Origin: Dimorphilus gyrociliatus
Taxonomy: Eukaryota; Animalia; Annelida
Reading direction: 5' to 3'
DNA: 64,000 bases
Assembly (NCBI GenBank): GCA_904063045.1
Contig: CAJFCJ010000076.1
Location: forward strand, 74,253 to 138,252
The notes below the pieces were generated by a model. That model was not told the origin of the DNA. It made no database searches and saw only the letters and a list, made by a program, of their open reading frames with translations. Shown piece after piece: positions 27,611 through 41,069 of this stretch. Position 1 is the stretch's first letter. Each line of letters opens with the position of its first letter. A program made the position numbers and the translations under genes.

Positions 27611-27817
27611 GGATGCGACAGAAAACGTCCACAAATTGGTGCTTTTACCCTAACCCTAACCCAGCCCTCGGCTGTTTCTAACTTTTTCCATTAGCCCTAA
27701 CCCTTAGAGGAGACCCTCCTAAGTACAAATCAGTTGCTCTCTTCTTCTTCCTAACCATTTCTTAATCCAAAATTTAGTCTTGAAATTTCTCATTTGTGGA
27801 CATTTTCTATCGACCCC
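27611..27817. mobile_element. 207-bp MITE (MULE-type) with degenerate 9-bp TSD
   Basis: TIRs GACAGAAAACGTCCACAAAT / ATTTGTGGACATTTTCTATC. Flanks ACCATGCAT and AACATGCAG match at 7 of 9 positions. Confidence 0.88.
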
Positions 27818-28049
27818 AACATGCAGATATAATATCATAATGATAAAGTCAAAAAATGTACTCTCTGTAATGGAAGACTCCTCTGTTGCATTGAAATATC
27901 TGTCAAGATGCAATATGATAATCTTTTCACAAACGCAGAAATCTTTTGCAGAAATGAAGAGATAACAATAAAATCCATTAGCCATATGATAATATGGAAT
28001 AAGCTATTGTTGAACTTCTGAAAACAAATAAATGTAAACTGTTAAACAA

Positions 28050-28812
28050 ACTTACTTTGTTTAAAGCAGCCTATTAATTTACAGTTTTGCCTGTGAAAAC
28101 AGATTCTCTGCCAAATGTTGATTATTCGAAAAGAGTGGCTAATTTTACAAGGCAAAAACTAAGGCCAAGTGAACCAAAAGAAGTACACTTTTATTTAAAT
28201 ACAGATTTCATCCCAGATGATTTTTTGAAAGATGCCATCTGTGAAAATAAAGAGAGAATTCTTATTTTTGGTAGCAGCCATCAACTTAATTTGCTTGGTC
28301 AGTCAAAACACTGGTTCATTGATGGGACATTTAAAATGGTAAAGGATCCTTTTTATCAGCTCTTATCTATATGCAGCTATGTCCAGAAAGATGGTGAAAT
28401 GAAACATATTCCATTGGCATTTATTTTTATGACATCAAAGAAAAGAAAGAGTTATAAAAAAGCATTTAAGGTATCATTTTGAGAAATTCATTCTTTAACT
28501 ACTTTCAGATGAATGTTTCATTCTTCAGAGTGTCAGACACATGACTGGTATGCCACAGCCTGAGAAGATGACAATTAATTTTGAGATGGGTCTGTGGAGA
28601 GCTGTATCCAAAATATATTCGGAATCACAAATTCATGGATGTGTATTCCATTTTATATAGCAAGCAATATATAGGAAAATACAGGTAAAACATTTAATTT
28701 AACCTTTAAGGTTTGTCTTTACAATTATGATCCATCAAGTCCCTTGGATACTCTGGAAAGTATATGGAGAACGGAGAGGACTGGAGAGACATGAGAAAGC
28801 TGATGGCTTTAC
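28050..28812 (+). mobile_element. MULE transposase fragment, cut by the assembly gap
   Basis: RILIFGS...WFIDGTFKMVKDPFYQL...HIPLAFIFMT, then MENGEDWRDMRKLMAL. Confidence 0.9.
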
Positions 28813-28822
28813 NNNNNNNNNN
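28813..28822. other. Assembly gap (10 N)
   Basis: Run of n. Unrelated sequences lie on either side. Confidence 1.
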
Positions 28823-28851
28823 ATTTGACTCAAATATTTCCCTTCTTCCAG

Positions 28852-31648
28852 ACTGTAATCCGGTAAACCAGTATAAATGCAATGAAGAGTGTTTCCCAAG
28901 AACTATAGTTTGTGACCAAATCCAGAATTGTATTTCTTCAGGAGATGAACAGGAAGATATTTGCAAAAACTTAATCCATCCAAATTCTTATACAGATAGA
29001 GATTTTCATTATAGCTCTTTTGGAAATGTTTATGTTAAAATTCCAAATATTTATAGATTTGCCCTAACAGAAAATAAAACCTGTAAAATTGGTTTCTATA
29101 AATGTATATTTCAAGAATTTTGCATTTCAATTGAGTTGCTTTGCGATGGAATTAATCATTGTTTTTTAAAAGATGACGAAACTAGTTGCGGTAGATAAAA
29201 AAAATCAATCAAAACAAACCAATGTGAAATATAATTTTTTTAAGAAAACTTACATTTTTATGGTTATTTCAAATGTCAAAATCAGAGTTATTTTCTAGAA
29301 ATATCAAGGATTTGTGACGGTATCGTTGATTGTCGGCTTGGAAGCGATGAAATTTTTTGTGGAAATGAATCAGAATTACCTAAAAATTGTTTACAATTGT
29401 TGCCTTTTGAATTGGAATGTCAACTTTTACAAACAAAAGAAAACAAAAATAAACTAAGTGTTGTCCCAGAAATTTTTTTAACTGATTTTTTCAAAAGAGT
29501 CAACATTTATGGAAATTTCAATATAAAAAATAAAAATAGATTAATTAATTTAATTATTTTAAAAATTGAAAACAACTTCCGGTTGCAAAATCATAAATTA
29601 TCAATTCCAAATCTGGTTTTCCTTTCTTTAAAAATGAATAACATTACAAACTTGAATTTCATCATAGATAAATATCATAATAATCTTTTACAATATCTTG
29701 ACGTATCCCATAATCCAATTTATTCAATTCAAGAATTAAATAGTCTGTTTAGTAAATTTCTGCTATACTTGGATATTTCATATACAAAAATTTCAGTATT
29801 ATTAAATCACCATTTTAATGGCACAACTCATATAAAAGTGTTTAGAGTTAAACATTGCAATATAAAAAAAATTGAATTAAACAATGCAAAGTTTTTAGAA
29901 AGTTTATTTGAATTGAATTTTCAACATTCAAAATATTCTTTTAATATTGAGTTTCCTTTTCAAAAAATGACAAATTTAAAAATTTTCTACGCAAATAATT
30001 TTCGTATTTGTTGTAAAATTTGGAAAGTAATAGGCAATTTTGTAAAATGTCAACCTTCTACTTCACTATTTAGTACATGTTCAAATATTTTAAGTTCAAA
30101 TTTATTGAAATATATGTTTTGGGGTTGTGGATTAATTGGGAATATTGCCAATATATTTTCATTATTTGTCATTATATTTTCAAAGTTTAAAGGAAAATTT
30201 TACAAGTGTAGTTTAACAATTGGAAATTGTTTCACCTCTGTCTATATGATTTTGATTTCAATTGTTGATTCTTACTATAATGAACGATATTTGGAGAATG
30301 AAAAGTATTGGAAAAATAGTATTTTATGCCAATTTTGCGGTGTTTTAATGACTTCCGGTTTACTTATATCCAGTTGTAGCCTATTGTTTATGTCAATTGA
30401 CAGAATTTTAGTGATAAAAAATCCATTTCAAATTTCAAGATTTTCAGATTTTTCAATAATAATATCAATTTTAATTATTATTCTTAGTTGTTTACTAAGT
30501 CTCTTACCAGTTTTCATATATAAAGTTTCAATTTTTTGTTCTTTTGCTTTAAATAGATTATAATAGGCAACTTTTCTTTTTTTCCAGGATTATCATTCTC
30601 AATATTCAATTTGTTTTAATATTCAAATTGGTGGTAAAAATTTTACTGGATGGATATTTTCAACTATTGTTTTTGGTTTTTTTGAATTTTTAATAAATTT
30701 AATAACTTTAATAATTAATTTAATCCTATTAAAATAATTATTAAATCATTAAAAATGAAAAATAGTATTAAGAATAGAACTGTTAAAAAATCATTTGTTT
30801 TTGCTATACTAACAAATGTTTTATGTTGGTTTCCACTTTCAATTTTAGGTTGATATAACATTTTTTTTTTAAAAAAAACAAAAGTAAACTTTTTTGTTTT
30901 TTTTTTTTTGTCAATAGTTTTTTCATCAACACTAAAAGAATTGACATTGCGTAATAACGCTAAAGTTTTACTTGTTATATTCCTTATTCCTATTAATTCT
31001 GTAGTAAATCCATTTATCTTTACAACAACTTCAATATATCAATTTTATAATATAAAGAAAGATGAATTATTAAAGAGAGGGTTTGATAATTTTTTTTCTC
31101 TATTTAATCATATAAAAAATTATCCTACTACTAAACAGGAAGGAGAATGTAGAAGATGTTGAATTGGCAGTTAGAAAAAAATGTTAGTAGGCCTAGTTTT
31201 GTTTTTGTCAATTCACCTATCAATTAGAAATTTAATTTTTTTTTAGTTATCTCATGCTTAAATGATTATGATGATTTTCATATATGTTTTACACAACTAT
31301 TTAGAAGGTTACCATCTTCCAACTCCTCAATAGAGTACTATTTATTTAAAGATAACAACTATTTTCAATGTATTAAACAAATTTCGATTGCCTGTTGCTT
31401 TTTACATTCACAACTGGTATCATTTGGAGGATTATTAACATTGGATAATATCATTTATCATGTAAAATAAATACAAAAAAAATGAAAGAAAAAAAAATTT
31501 TTTTATTTTTTAGACAGAAAAACGGAAATTTTATGTTTATTGGAAAAAGTATAAAATTTTTGGTAATTTTCATGAAATTAATGATATTTATGCATTTGGA
31601 AAATTCATTCAACATATTCTATATTTGAGAAAACAACTTTTAAATTAG
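28852..31648 (+). CDS. GRL101/LGR-like receptor 2 (5' part lost in the gap): LDLa, LRR, 7TM, kinase-like tail; one apparent 1-bp frameshift at ~30732
   Basis: Exons 28852-29190, 29245-30524, 30588-30848, 30918-31080, 31139-31182, 31247-31461, 31514-31648. MSIDR, CWFP and IPINSVVNPFIF motifs. An A4 run gives AAA TAA, whereas one more A restores KIIIKSLKMK...CWFPLSIL. Confidence 0.82.
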
Positions 31649-32297
31649 CAAGAAATTTCTGAACAAAAAAAGTTTTCTCTGATTATTTTCTAAAATTTTT
31701 TCTTTTTGTCTTTTGTATGATTCTTTTGATATAATACAAAACTTTTTTCTGTTGGTATCAGATAGTGTTTAGTCATATCTCAACTGAATGTTTGCAATTT
31801 TAGGTTACTTATTGTATACTGTGTAAATTAGTAAACACAGAACAATTGCTCATTTTTTAAACAATATACTCAGGGCTATGTTTAGTATTTGTTTTTTTTT
31901 GTTGATTTCCTACCTACAAGACCTACGGTGTTTTCATCTCTTTCATAATTTATATAATACTCTTTAGGGTCAGTTACTGAAATGTTTTAAAGAGGTTTTA
32001 GGGTCAGGTATCCAAAAATGGTGTCGATTAAGGCATAACAAGTATATTTGAAGCTTTGATAATTCTTTGTATTTGGTCTCAAAAGTATATACTGGTCCCA
32101 TCAGGCGTACGCAGAAAAGACTATACTGCAACAGAATCCAATGGAAGATAATTCACCTTTCCACTCACTCAATGTACAAAGAAGAACTGAAACAGTTCTT
32201 GATATTTTCAATAGGCTTGTTAGTGTTATACTGTCAGCATCATTCCATTTCTTTGAAATATCACCCAATACTGCACCCAGGCGCAGCAAACACATAT

Positions 32298-32463
32298 GGG
32301 GTCGACAGAAAACGTCCACAACTGAGAAATTTCAAGACTAGATTTTGGATTGAGAAATGGTTAGGAAGAAGAAGACAGCAACTGATATATACTTAGGAGG
32401 GTCTCCTCTAAGGGTTAGGGTTAGGGTAAAAGCACTGATTTGTGGACGTTTTCTGTCGCATCC
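32298..32463. mobile_element. MITE copy (opposite orientation, ~41-bp internal deletion)
   Basis: GGGGTCGACAGAAAACGTCCACAA ... TTTGTGGACGTTTTCTGTCGCATCC. Confidence 0.9.
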
Positions 32464-32859
32464 ATTTTAAAATTTTAAGGATAAGGGTCCTTTGAGATTT
32501 TCATCCCGAAGTGTGGAGATTTTGTCCAAATTATTCTTTTTATAACTCTGAATACTAACAAACTACCAAAACCCTTTTTTTTTAATTCAGTAAATTTAAA
32601 GGAAATCATAGCAGAGCAGGAAAAAAGAACTGTGAGAAGAAGATAATATGTGGAATTTTATGACATAGTTCCTGATGTGCAAAACCAGATTCAATAAAAT
32701 TTGTAAACAATTCCTTTTTCAAATTTTTCTTCAACTTATTATTGGATGATAATATTTTCCTTGTTCTGCTAATTCCAAATCAGATTGTTTTTCAAACAAA
32801 GTTGATGGTGAGAGTGGTTGCTGAAAACAAGTGTCTGTTAAAAAAATACAACTATTTAT

Positions 32860-33324
32860 CTACTTTTGAAAAAAATTCACAGTATTCAATATATATATAT
32901 ATATTCTAAAATTATGTTTGTTTTCTTTATGAATGAAAATAATTTTTTCCCAAATTTCTATAGTATTTAAAAAGAAATTTGCAGAATGAAGAAATAGCGA
33001 AATTGACCTTTCATAACTTTCAATATATTGTCTTGGAATTTCCAAATACATTGCCAAATTATTATTAAAATCAGTTTTATCTTTTGAATAAAGTATATGG
33101 CACATGTTATTCTTGAACAATTCCATTTCTGATGTAGCATTCAATAAAAATGAATAACTCTTCAGAGGAATTAGTGTCTTTATTAATTGTTTGTTTTTAT
33201 TGAAAGAGGAAATAAATGTATCAATAGTTTTATCATTCTGGAAGAGAAAACACATTGTTTGAATAGAAGAATGTAATGATTTCAAAACCAGCTTTGTATG
33301 ATTGTAGTATTTTGCTAATTTCAT
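32860..33324 (-). CDS. Helical ORF with weak resemblance to a Dbl-homology (RhoGEF) domain; isolated fragment
   Basis: MYLEIPRQYIESYERSISLFL resembles the DH motif YL..P.QRI..Y.LLL. By-eye match only. Confidence 0.3.
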   Translation of the reverse strand: MKLAKYYNHTKLVLKSLHSSIQTMCFLFQNDKTIDTFISSFNKNKQLIKTLIPLKSYSFLLNATSEMELFKNNMCHILYSKDKTDFNNNLAMYLEIPRQYIESYERSISLFLHSANFFLNTIEIWEKIIFIHKENKHNFRIYIYILNTVNFFQK

Positions 33325-35261
33325 TTTCTGATTTTGTTCTTACTAAATTAAGAGCATCTATTAGCAGATATTTGTATTTGTCGACATTAGAATTGTCAGT
33401 GACATTAAAATATTTTGCTGAATGAATGGAATGAATGAGAAGACAAATAATTGAATAAATTACTAATATATAATACCTATAACTTGTGAAATAGACTTAG
33501 TAATTTCTTTTACAATTGTACTCTATTGTAGTTATATTGCTGGAATAGGGTTTGTAAAGGTTTTTTGTTGACTATGTTGAAAAAGAGAAACATAATTCTC
33601 ACATTTCAAGAGTGCCAATTGATTTTGGGTAGCAGTCAAAGAAAAAATACACACCAAAATCAACATTTTAAGAAATTTCAAACAGAAAAATTCTTCTTTT
33701 CAAAAAATTTTAATAATTAATATTAAAGTTAATTTTTACATGACAATCTTAAAGATATACCAGTTTATATGTGAACATAAAAACAGAATTTGACAGTGCT
33801 ATAACTTTTAAACTGTAACGGATAATTTAGTTCTGTAAAATGATTTTTGATTTTTATATAACAGTGTTAAAATATAACCTTCAAAGAAAATCATAGCTCA
33901 GTTATTACTTGGCTAATTTTGATAAAATTTGAAGCAAAATCATTGGTTCTGAAATAGATTTTGTAACTAAATGACAATCAGCTTATTGTGGAAACTATTT
34001 CTCCCAACAATCCAAAAAATTGGAACCACATTATATTGAAACTGAAGATGAAATCTCCATTGAAAATGAAAATGTTCAAAATAATGAAAAGTTAGCCAAT
34101 CTAGCCAAAATGGATGTTGAAGATGTTTCTGATGTATCAGAAAGTGCCGTTTGGAAAACTTTACAAATTAATTGATGCTGCCTTGATGATGCTAATCACC
34201 ACTACTATGTTAAAAAATCCAACATTTAGTATGGCAAATTAAGTTTAAATTTGGCATGATTTCAACAGATATCACTTTTGTTTACTTTATTTCCACAAAA
34301 AGGTTGTATCATATTTTGAAAACATAAATTAAATTTTTTGGGCGCAGGAGAAAACATTCACCAGAGGTGTACTTTGTTGTATTTTAATTATAGGAAATTC
34401 TGCTTCTTCAGAACGGTATTCATCATTTCCAATCATTTATCAACTCACCAAAGTACTCAAACAAATAAAACCTTTTTAAGTTTGTGCACAATTAGACTTA
34501 AGAAATGTAATTTTGAAAGAAATTAATCAACAAAACACCAGTATTTTGTGCAAAGAATATGTATTGTGTAAATGAGTTTTTAGTTCTAAATAAGCAAGTT
34601 TAAACAGCCAGCTAATCATTAGAGAACTGAACTGACAAGCTGGGGAAATGCATTTCCTTTTATGATGGTCTTATAATTCTCAAGTAACAAAAATATGAAA
34701 GCCTGTCATATCAGACATATAAAATATAATCTTCAGATTAGGTCCATGTGGCATTCAATACATTTTATCTTTCTTTGTCATGAAATACACCTGGTAAACC
34801 AGAGTTTGATATCTACAAGTTTTCCCAAAAGCAGAGCTTTAGTTTGCTAACTAGTATAACTCCAAATAAGGTTTCTCATTTTATAGTAAACAAATTATAC
34901 ATAATTTTTTCTATTTCTTTTAAAAATGATAAAACTTGCTCTTGGAAAAAAGGGATGAGTTATCCCAAAAAGGGAACAATTTTTTCCAGGGAGAAGTATT
35001 CCCGGACCTGATAAAGGAGAGGAATGAAAGTAGAAATAAATATATATTGTATATTGAGAATACAATTCCACATAAATGCACACAAACAGATATTGATACG
35101 TCTATAAAGAGGAAACTGCAGGAGAATAGTATGCAAGTGAGTGACTGTCAAAAAAACTGGTAACAAAGTTGAAATCTTATGGTCTTATAATTCTCAAGTA
35201 ACACAAAAATGTAGTTTAAACAGTTGGTCAAATTGATTAATTAAGATTTCTCTTTGTTTGT

Positions 35262-36088
35262 TTAAAAATTTGTTATCTGATAATGACAAATTTTCATATT
35301 TTCACTTGAATTTTCAAATGCTTTGACATAAACAGCTTGACAATATTGTAATTTACAACCACATGAATATGTACAAAATGAGTTGTCATCTCCAGATATT
35401 AATAAACAACTGAGGAATTTTGCATTGAATATTGGGTCAGGTTGAGGATCCTCTGCAACATATACTAAAATTTCAGCTGTAGGTAATTCTTCCGTTTTGT
35501 TACACACTTTTTGAAATGATGTCCTGAAATTTCAATTTCAAAATCAGGATATAAATGATCAACAGATGGCCATGGTATTCTTAAGGTAAATTCATTTGCT
35601 AAAGTGACATCAATGCAAGTTTCAGAGTCTTTATTATCAGTAATTCATATCAATTTTTCGTCCTTTTGTCTATTGGTGTCTTTAAATATTGGTCCATCAA
35701 AACAGCTAAAAACATAATTATTATATTTGATTGAATTGGAAGAGAGGTCACAAGTATTATCATTTTTAGTGGTACATCGGATTGGACGATAATCATTTAC
35801 ATAAACAAAATATTTGCAATAATTCTCCGATTGGCATTTATCTCTACAAGCATATAGATCTGGCTCAGCAAATTCATTGTTTGAACCACAGTCTGATGCA
35901 AAACAAGTTATTGACTTGAATGCAACTCTGTCATAGGAAACACTTGCAGAATTACCCTGAGCCATGCATACTTGAGAACTTAAAACACACTCAATAGTTT
36001 GAAAATTGTAACTAAAACATTTGCAATTTGACAATGATAAACATTTTGCAGAACATTCTTCCAGACTTACAGAAATGTCAACTTTCAA
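35262..36088 (-). pseudogene. PAN/apple x2 plus IPWP beta-domain protein; one nonsense codon (35645-35647) and one frameshift (~35505)
   Basis: CSAKCLSLSNCKCFSYN...CVL and CRDKCQSENYCKYF. The frame continues past TGA as ITDNKDSETC...LRIPWPSV. Confidence 0.75.
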
Positions 36089-36598
36089 AATTGTTGTGAA
36101 TTGTGCTTTTCTTCTGGAAAACAGTTTTTATCCATGTGATTTTAAAACTAATAGATTTGCCTAATAAAGAATACATAGACTCTAACTTAATCATATATTC
36201 AATAATCCATTTCTATTGCTTGTCATTGTTTACGTATTATTGCTTTTTGATCTTTTCAAAAATCCATATTCAGTTTTTTATTTAAGTACAATTTGAATCA
36301 ATAAATTACTGTTACAGCATTTTAATTTATTCAAACTTTAACTTAGTACTTTTTTGAAAGAATAACTGAATGATTAACAATAGCCTTTAAAGTTCTTCTA
36401 AAAGAATACACTGGATGGCGCTTACCAATTGATTTATTCATTAGGTTTTAGAGTTGTAATATTATGCCAAAATAATTCATCATCATTAAAAAGTTGCACA
36501 AATTTAAATTCAGAAGTAAAATAAAAAAAAATTTACTTTCAGCAACAATTGAAGATTGACTTTGCTTTATATTTTTGCCAAAAAAAACACATAAATCA

Positions 36599-38282
36599 TT
36601 AATCTGAGTCATATTCAAGCTCTATAGAATTTCTTGATAATTGAAATTTATGATAAATACCAAGAATACCATTTCTAATATTTGGATTTGATGTTAGATT
36701 TATTCTTTTTAGTTTTGGACATTTCGCTGCCAGATTCCCAATATCAACACATATTTTCTCATCTAAATTACAATCGGATAAATGAATTTCCTGTAGGGTG
36801 TCTGCGGAATACATCAATCCTTTACATATTTTAGACAAACCCTCTCCCATATTTCTGTTCATTGTTAAATCTATTGTTTGAATTGTAGAGAAATTCTTCA
36901 GACCTTTTCCAATATCTTCACATAATTCCTCATTCAAATCGCAATAACTAATAATAAAATCTTTTAAACCAATTGATAATTGAGAGAGGTGATGAAAAAA
37001 TGAGGAAAATGTAAGTCCATTATGGTATTTGTCTGTCAAATGTATAGTTTCAACTTTTGAGGATTTACATAATAACATTCCAAAATTTCTCCACAAAGCT
37101 TCATTTGCAATAAAGCTACAGTGAAACCCTACTGCTTGTTTTTTACGAGACATATTAATCCATTTAAAAAGAAATGAAATTCCATCTCGAAGACCACTAT
37201 TGCCTACTAGATTTATTGAGGGATTATTGGACAGTTTACTTCTCAATAGATGTTTAATATAAAACCAAATATTCCCATCTAGGCCACAATATGAAAAATC
37301 AATTTCCTTTAGAGAATGACACAATGTTTCAAGCCCCATCACAAATTTTTGAAATGGAATGTTTTAATTTTGAATTCTTTGATAGTTTAATGATTTGAAT
37401 GTTTGTACATTTATTCAAAAGATTTCCCAAACTCTGGCACATATTCTCATTTAAATTACATTCTACAAAATTGATTTCCCTTAAAGTATCTGATGCTTTC
37501 TCAAGCTTATCGCAAATAAGCAAAAAATCATTTTCTGTATATAGATTCATACTCAGGTCAATTACTTCAAAGTGGCAACCTAAAGCTGAGAAGTCATCAA
37601 TACATTAAAGGATATTCTTGGAGGAGAGGCAGCCTCTAAAACCAACTTCTTTAATGACTTTTGAAGACATTTGAAGCTTTCTCAAAATAGCTGCTAGTTC
37701 AATTGATCCATTTTCATTTTCATTTAGGCGTATTATGTCAAGATGTTGACAATTTACTAACAAATTTCCAATATGAAAATACAAAGTTTTGTCAATATGG
37801 CACTTTGAAAAAGTGAGTTCTCTTAAAGAATTTGAAAATGATAACAGAACTCGACATATATCAATTGATTCATCAGCTGGAAAAGAACTGTCAATTATAA
37901 TGACCTTTTCAACTTTAGAACATTTTATCAATACACTCTCTAACAGTTTTCTCTCTTTTTCATCCATGGTCAAATTTTCAATTTTGATTTCCTTAAGAGT
38001 ATCAGACCACTTAGAAATCACATTATAAACACTTGATAGCCAAACATTATCATTCCATATGTATCTTAGATGTATTGTATCAATTGGAAATTGATCAGTT
38101 AAATCCATTAAGGAGTTGACAATATTTAATTCATCCAAAGAAACACACAAGATGCTATCATTCACTTTTTTTAGAATAATGAATACATCTCTTATCCTGT
38201 CATGGAAACAGGAGAGTAATGATTGAATATCATCATTTCCATTAAGTTTTATTGTTTCAAAAGTTGAAAAATTTGTCGACAA
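36599..38282 (-). pseudogene. Ribonuclease-inhibitor-type LRR protein related to 53766-56159; nonsense codon at 37605-37607 and frameshift near 37335
   Basis: Repeats such as LREINFVECNLNENMCQSLGNLLNKC and IDLTMNRNMGEGLSKICKGL. The first two ORFs share a frame, separated by one TAA. Confidence 0.8.
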
Positions 38283-38759
38283 ATTCCCAGTATATAACTT
38301 TATCTGTATATAGAATTTGTTTTGTTCATAATCTACTCTTTCTAACGATTTCGATGAGTTGTGTAGACCTTTACCAACAAGTGTCCGGATAAAATATCTA
38401 TATAAAGTTTAGGGCTAGGAAAAATTCAATTTCATTATTTTTAGTCTATGTTAAGGCCAAACAGAAGGTTAAGGACGGAAAAGGAGAAAAAATGTTAACC
38501 ATTTTTGGGTTAATGTTAGGGTAAAAATACAAAACACGGGATTACATCTTGTGTTTATCAATTGAAATATAAAATTAAATCTATTTAACATTCAAACAAC
38601 ATGGCGTCGAATAGTTTATTTCGAAAAAGATTTGACTTGATAAGAATGAGGAAGCACTAGAAACTCTGAGCAATACTGAAAGATTGAACTAAATTTCTGG
38701 TGGAAAATCCAGACATTGAAAATTATAACAGAAGAAGATAATGAAGAGAAGAGATATGT

Positions 38760-39470
38760 CATTATCTAAAGAACAGCATTCTGAGTTCTCAAGCTTGTCT
38801 AGCCCGAGGTGCCACTAATAGCACCTCTTCATACCAAAGAGTCGGGTTCCAATCAATTCACTTGCTTTAATTCAAACTGTGGTGTTAAAAATGAGCATGA
38901 TACTATAGATATACCTGGCTGTAGGGATTTTTGCGCTACTGAGGGCTGTGATTACTTTATGAATGTCCATGACGATTGAACAAAGAGATGTACTACTAGT
39001 GATAATTTTCAATGTGAACTTTATCTAGACTAGGCCCAGATGGACAATTCTATATTTACATGTTTTAGTGGTCCTATCCTATAAGATATCATCACTCAAG
39101 AAGATCCAAAATTAGTAGCTGGTACTGATAGCAAAGTACCAGAAACTTGTTTTGATGTTGCCTTGAAGTTGGAATTTAGTCTACGAATACCTTGGCCATC
39201 TGTTGACAATGTCAATCATGATTTTGAAATTGAAATTTTAGGATACAATTTCAAAAAGTGTATTGATAGATTAGACATTTTGTAACCAGCTGGAATTTCT
39301 GTCTATCTTCCAGTAGGTACTCAAGTTGATCTAATTTTTATGGATCATTTTTAGGTTGTTCATTAGTATCTGGTGACAATAACTCCATCTGAAAATATTA
39401 GTGTAGCTGTGAAATATTTTCAGGCGGTGTATATAAAAGCATTCGACGATATAGACGAAAATATGAGAGT
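38760..39470 (+). pseudogene. Decayed paralogue of the 35262-36088 PAN/IPWP gene
   Basis: SSQACLARG...YQRVGFQSITCF..NCG...CRDFC...PETCFDVALKLEFSLRIPWPSVDNV; several stops. Confidence 0.75.
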
Positions 39471-40026
39471 TTGTTTTCAACGATCCTGATTTTTCAACGG
39501 ATTGTCTAATTTATGCAAGATATTCTAATTAAGGGTTAACTAAGATTAACTAGTTAATCCTTATTGTGTTATTACTCTTTTCTCACAATATAATGTAGTT
39601 TTCTCCAAAAAATTGCAAAACATTCTTGAATAAATGGTTTTAAAATATCATCAACATTAATTAGGCAACATTCTTGTTTGTTTCTCTCTAATTTTTTTCC
39701 CTTTATTAATTTGTTATCAATGTCAATTGATATATAATTTGATCCAATTTTACCATCAGATTGAACTTGTGAGTGAAATTTAAATGTCTTTTTCCCAATA
39801 TCACCAATAAGTCCATCCATTTTGTCATAATCTTTTGGTGAAAGTTTAAAACTTGTATCCAAGTGAATTTCAGATAAACATTGGATGGATTTCTGTATTT
39901 AAATTATTTTTTCTGCATGTTCTAAAGATTTTATAAAGATATGATTTCCATTGATCAAACATTCAATTTTTTTTTATTCAAAAGTGAACCAACTTTAGAT
40001 ACTACAACAGTACTATCATAAGGTAG

Positions 40027-41065
40027 CAGGTGAAACCGTACCCGAGTGAAACCGTGCCCATAAAAATATTATATTTTTTTAATTTTATTATTTAGAATTA
40101 TAATAATGGAACCTACAAAAATAAAAACATTGTTGAAATATAAACTGACAGCCATTTTAAAAATGAAGAAACTGAAGTTAACTTTCACTTTGGAAAGAAT
40201 TTACTTTGGAAGTTAAGCTTTTTTTGATAATTATATTTGGGCAAAGATTATCATTTTAGATTTAACAGAGGTAATTTCATGTGGATTGTAATCTAGATTA
40301 ATGTTATATTCATATTTTGAATACATGTTTTTTAATTTTGTGAAAAAATCCAATTTATTTGAAAAATAATTTTCAGCCATTTTGAATAATTGTAAGTATA
40401 CCTTTCCAATACTCATTTCAAATCAAAATATTATTGTTCTTTTATTGATGTGTTCAATAATATTATTTTTCATTTATTCACTAATTACATTTAATATTTT
40501 CAGTCTGGTATAGAGAATTATTCATAAAACATGTCAGTCAAATGTAAGAATTGTAAGCTTTTTGTATATGAAAGACAGAAGAAAATGTCTTGTGTGCTTT
40601 GCAATGAAATTATTCATCAAAAATGTGTCATAAGTATGATTCTATATTCAATATGGCATTTATAAATATTCAGCTATTTCAATCAGATTCTAAGGTGTCA
40701 GTTTGTCTTGATTGTGAAAAAAACAGATTCCTTCTTCAGATGAAGAGACCAGACTATCAAATTGTAGAAACTGGTGATGTGTATGGAAAATTACAAAATT
40801 CAACTAATCTTCAAAATGAAGATGGAGAAAGTCACCAAGTTTCAAATGAGCCAGAGTTTTGTGATGATGGCAATTTTGATAACTGTCATATGAATGGAAA
40901 TGAAATGAATGAAAATTTAAATGAAGATGTGGTTGTAGATGCAAATGAAGGTGTGATGGATGCAAATGTGAATGACAATGGAATATTGAGCAATGAAAAT
41001 ATTGAACACTTGCAGGAACTGATCCATGACAACTTTCAAATAGTTAAAGGTGGAAGTCAAAAATA
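40027..41065 (+). mobile_element. 5' end of a MULE: subterminal repeats, PHD-like exon, acidic region, truncated at FQIVKGGSQK
   Basis: GTGAAACCGTACCC repeats as at 59730 and 61784. MSVKCKNCK...CVLCNEIIHQKC from 40531. Confidence 0.78.
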
Positions 41066-41069
41066 TTTA

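Noticed and set aside
28764-29198. 144-aa ORF apparently fusing MULE transposase to LDLa repeats
   Set aside because: It reads through the 10-N gap. The right side begins with intron sequence and an acceptor at 28851, so this is an assembly artefact.
32410-32430. TTAGGG repeats as an interstitial telomere
   Set aside because: Only 2-3 units, and they are an internal part of the MITE.
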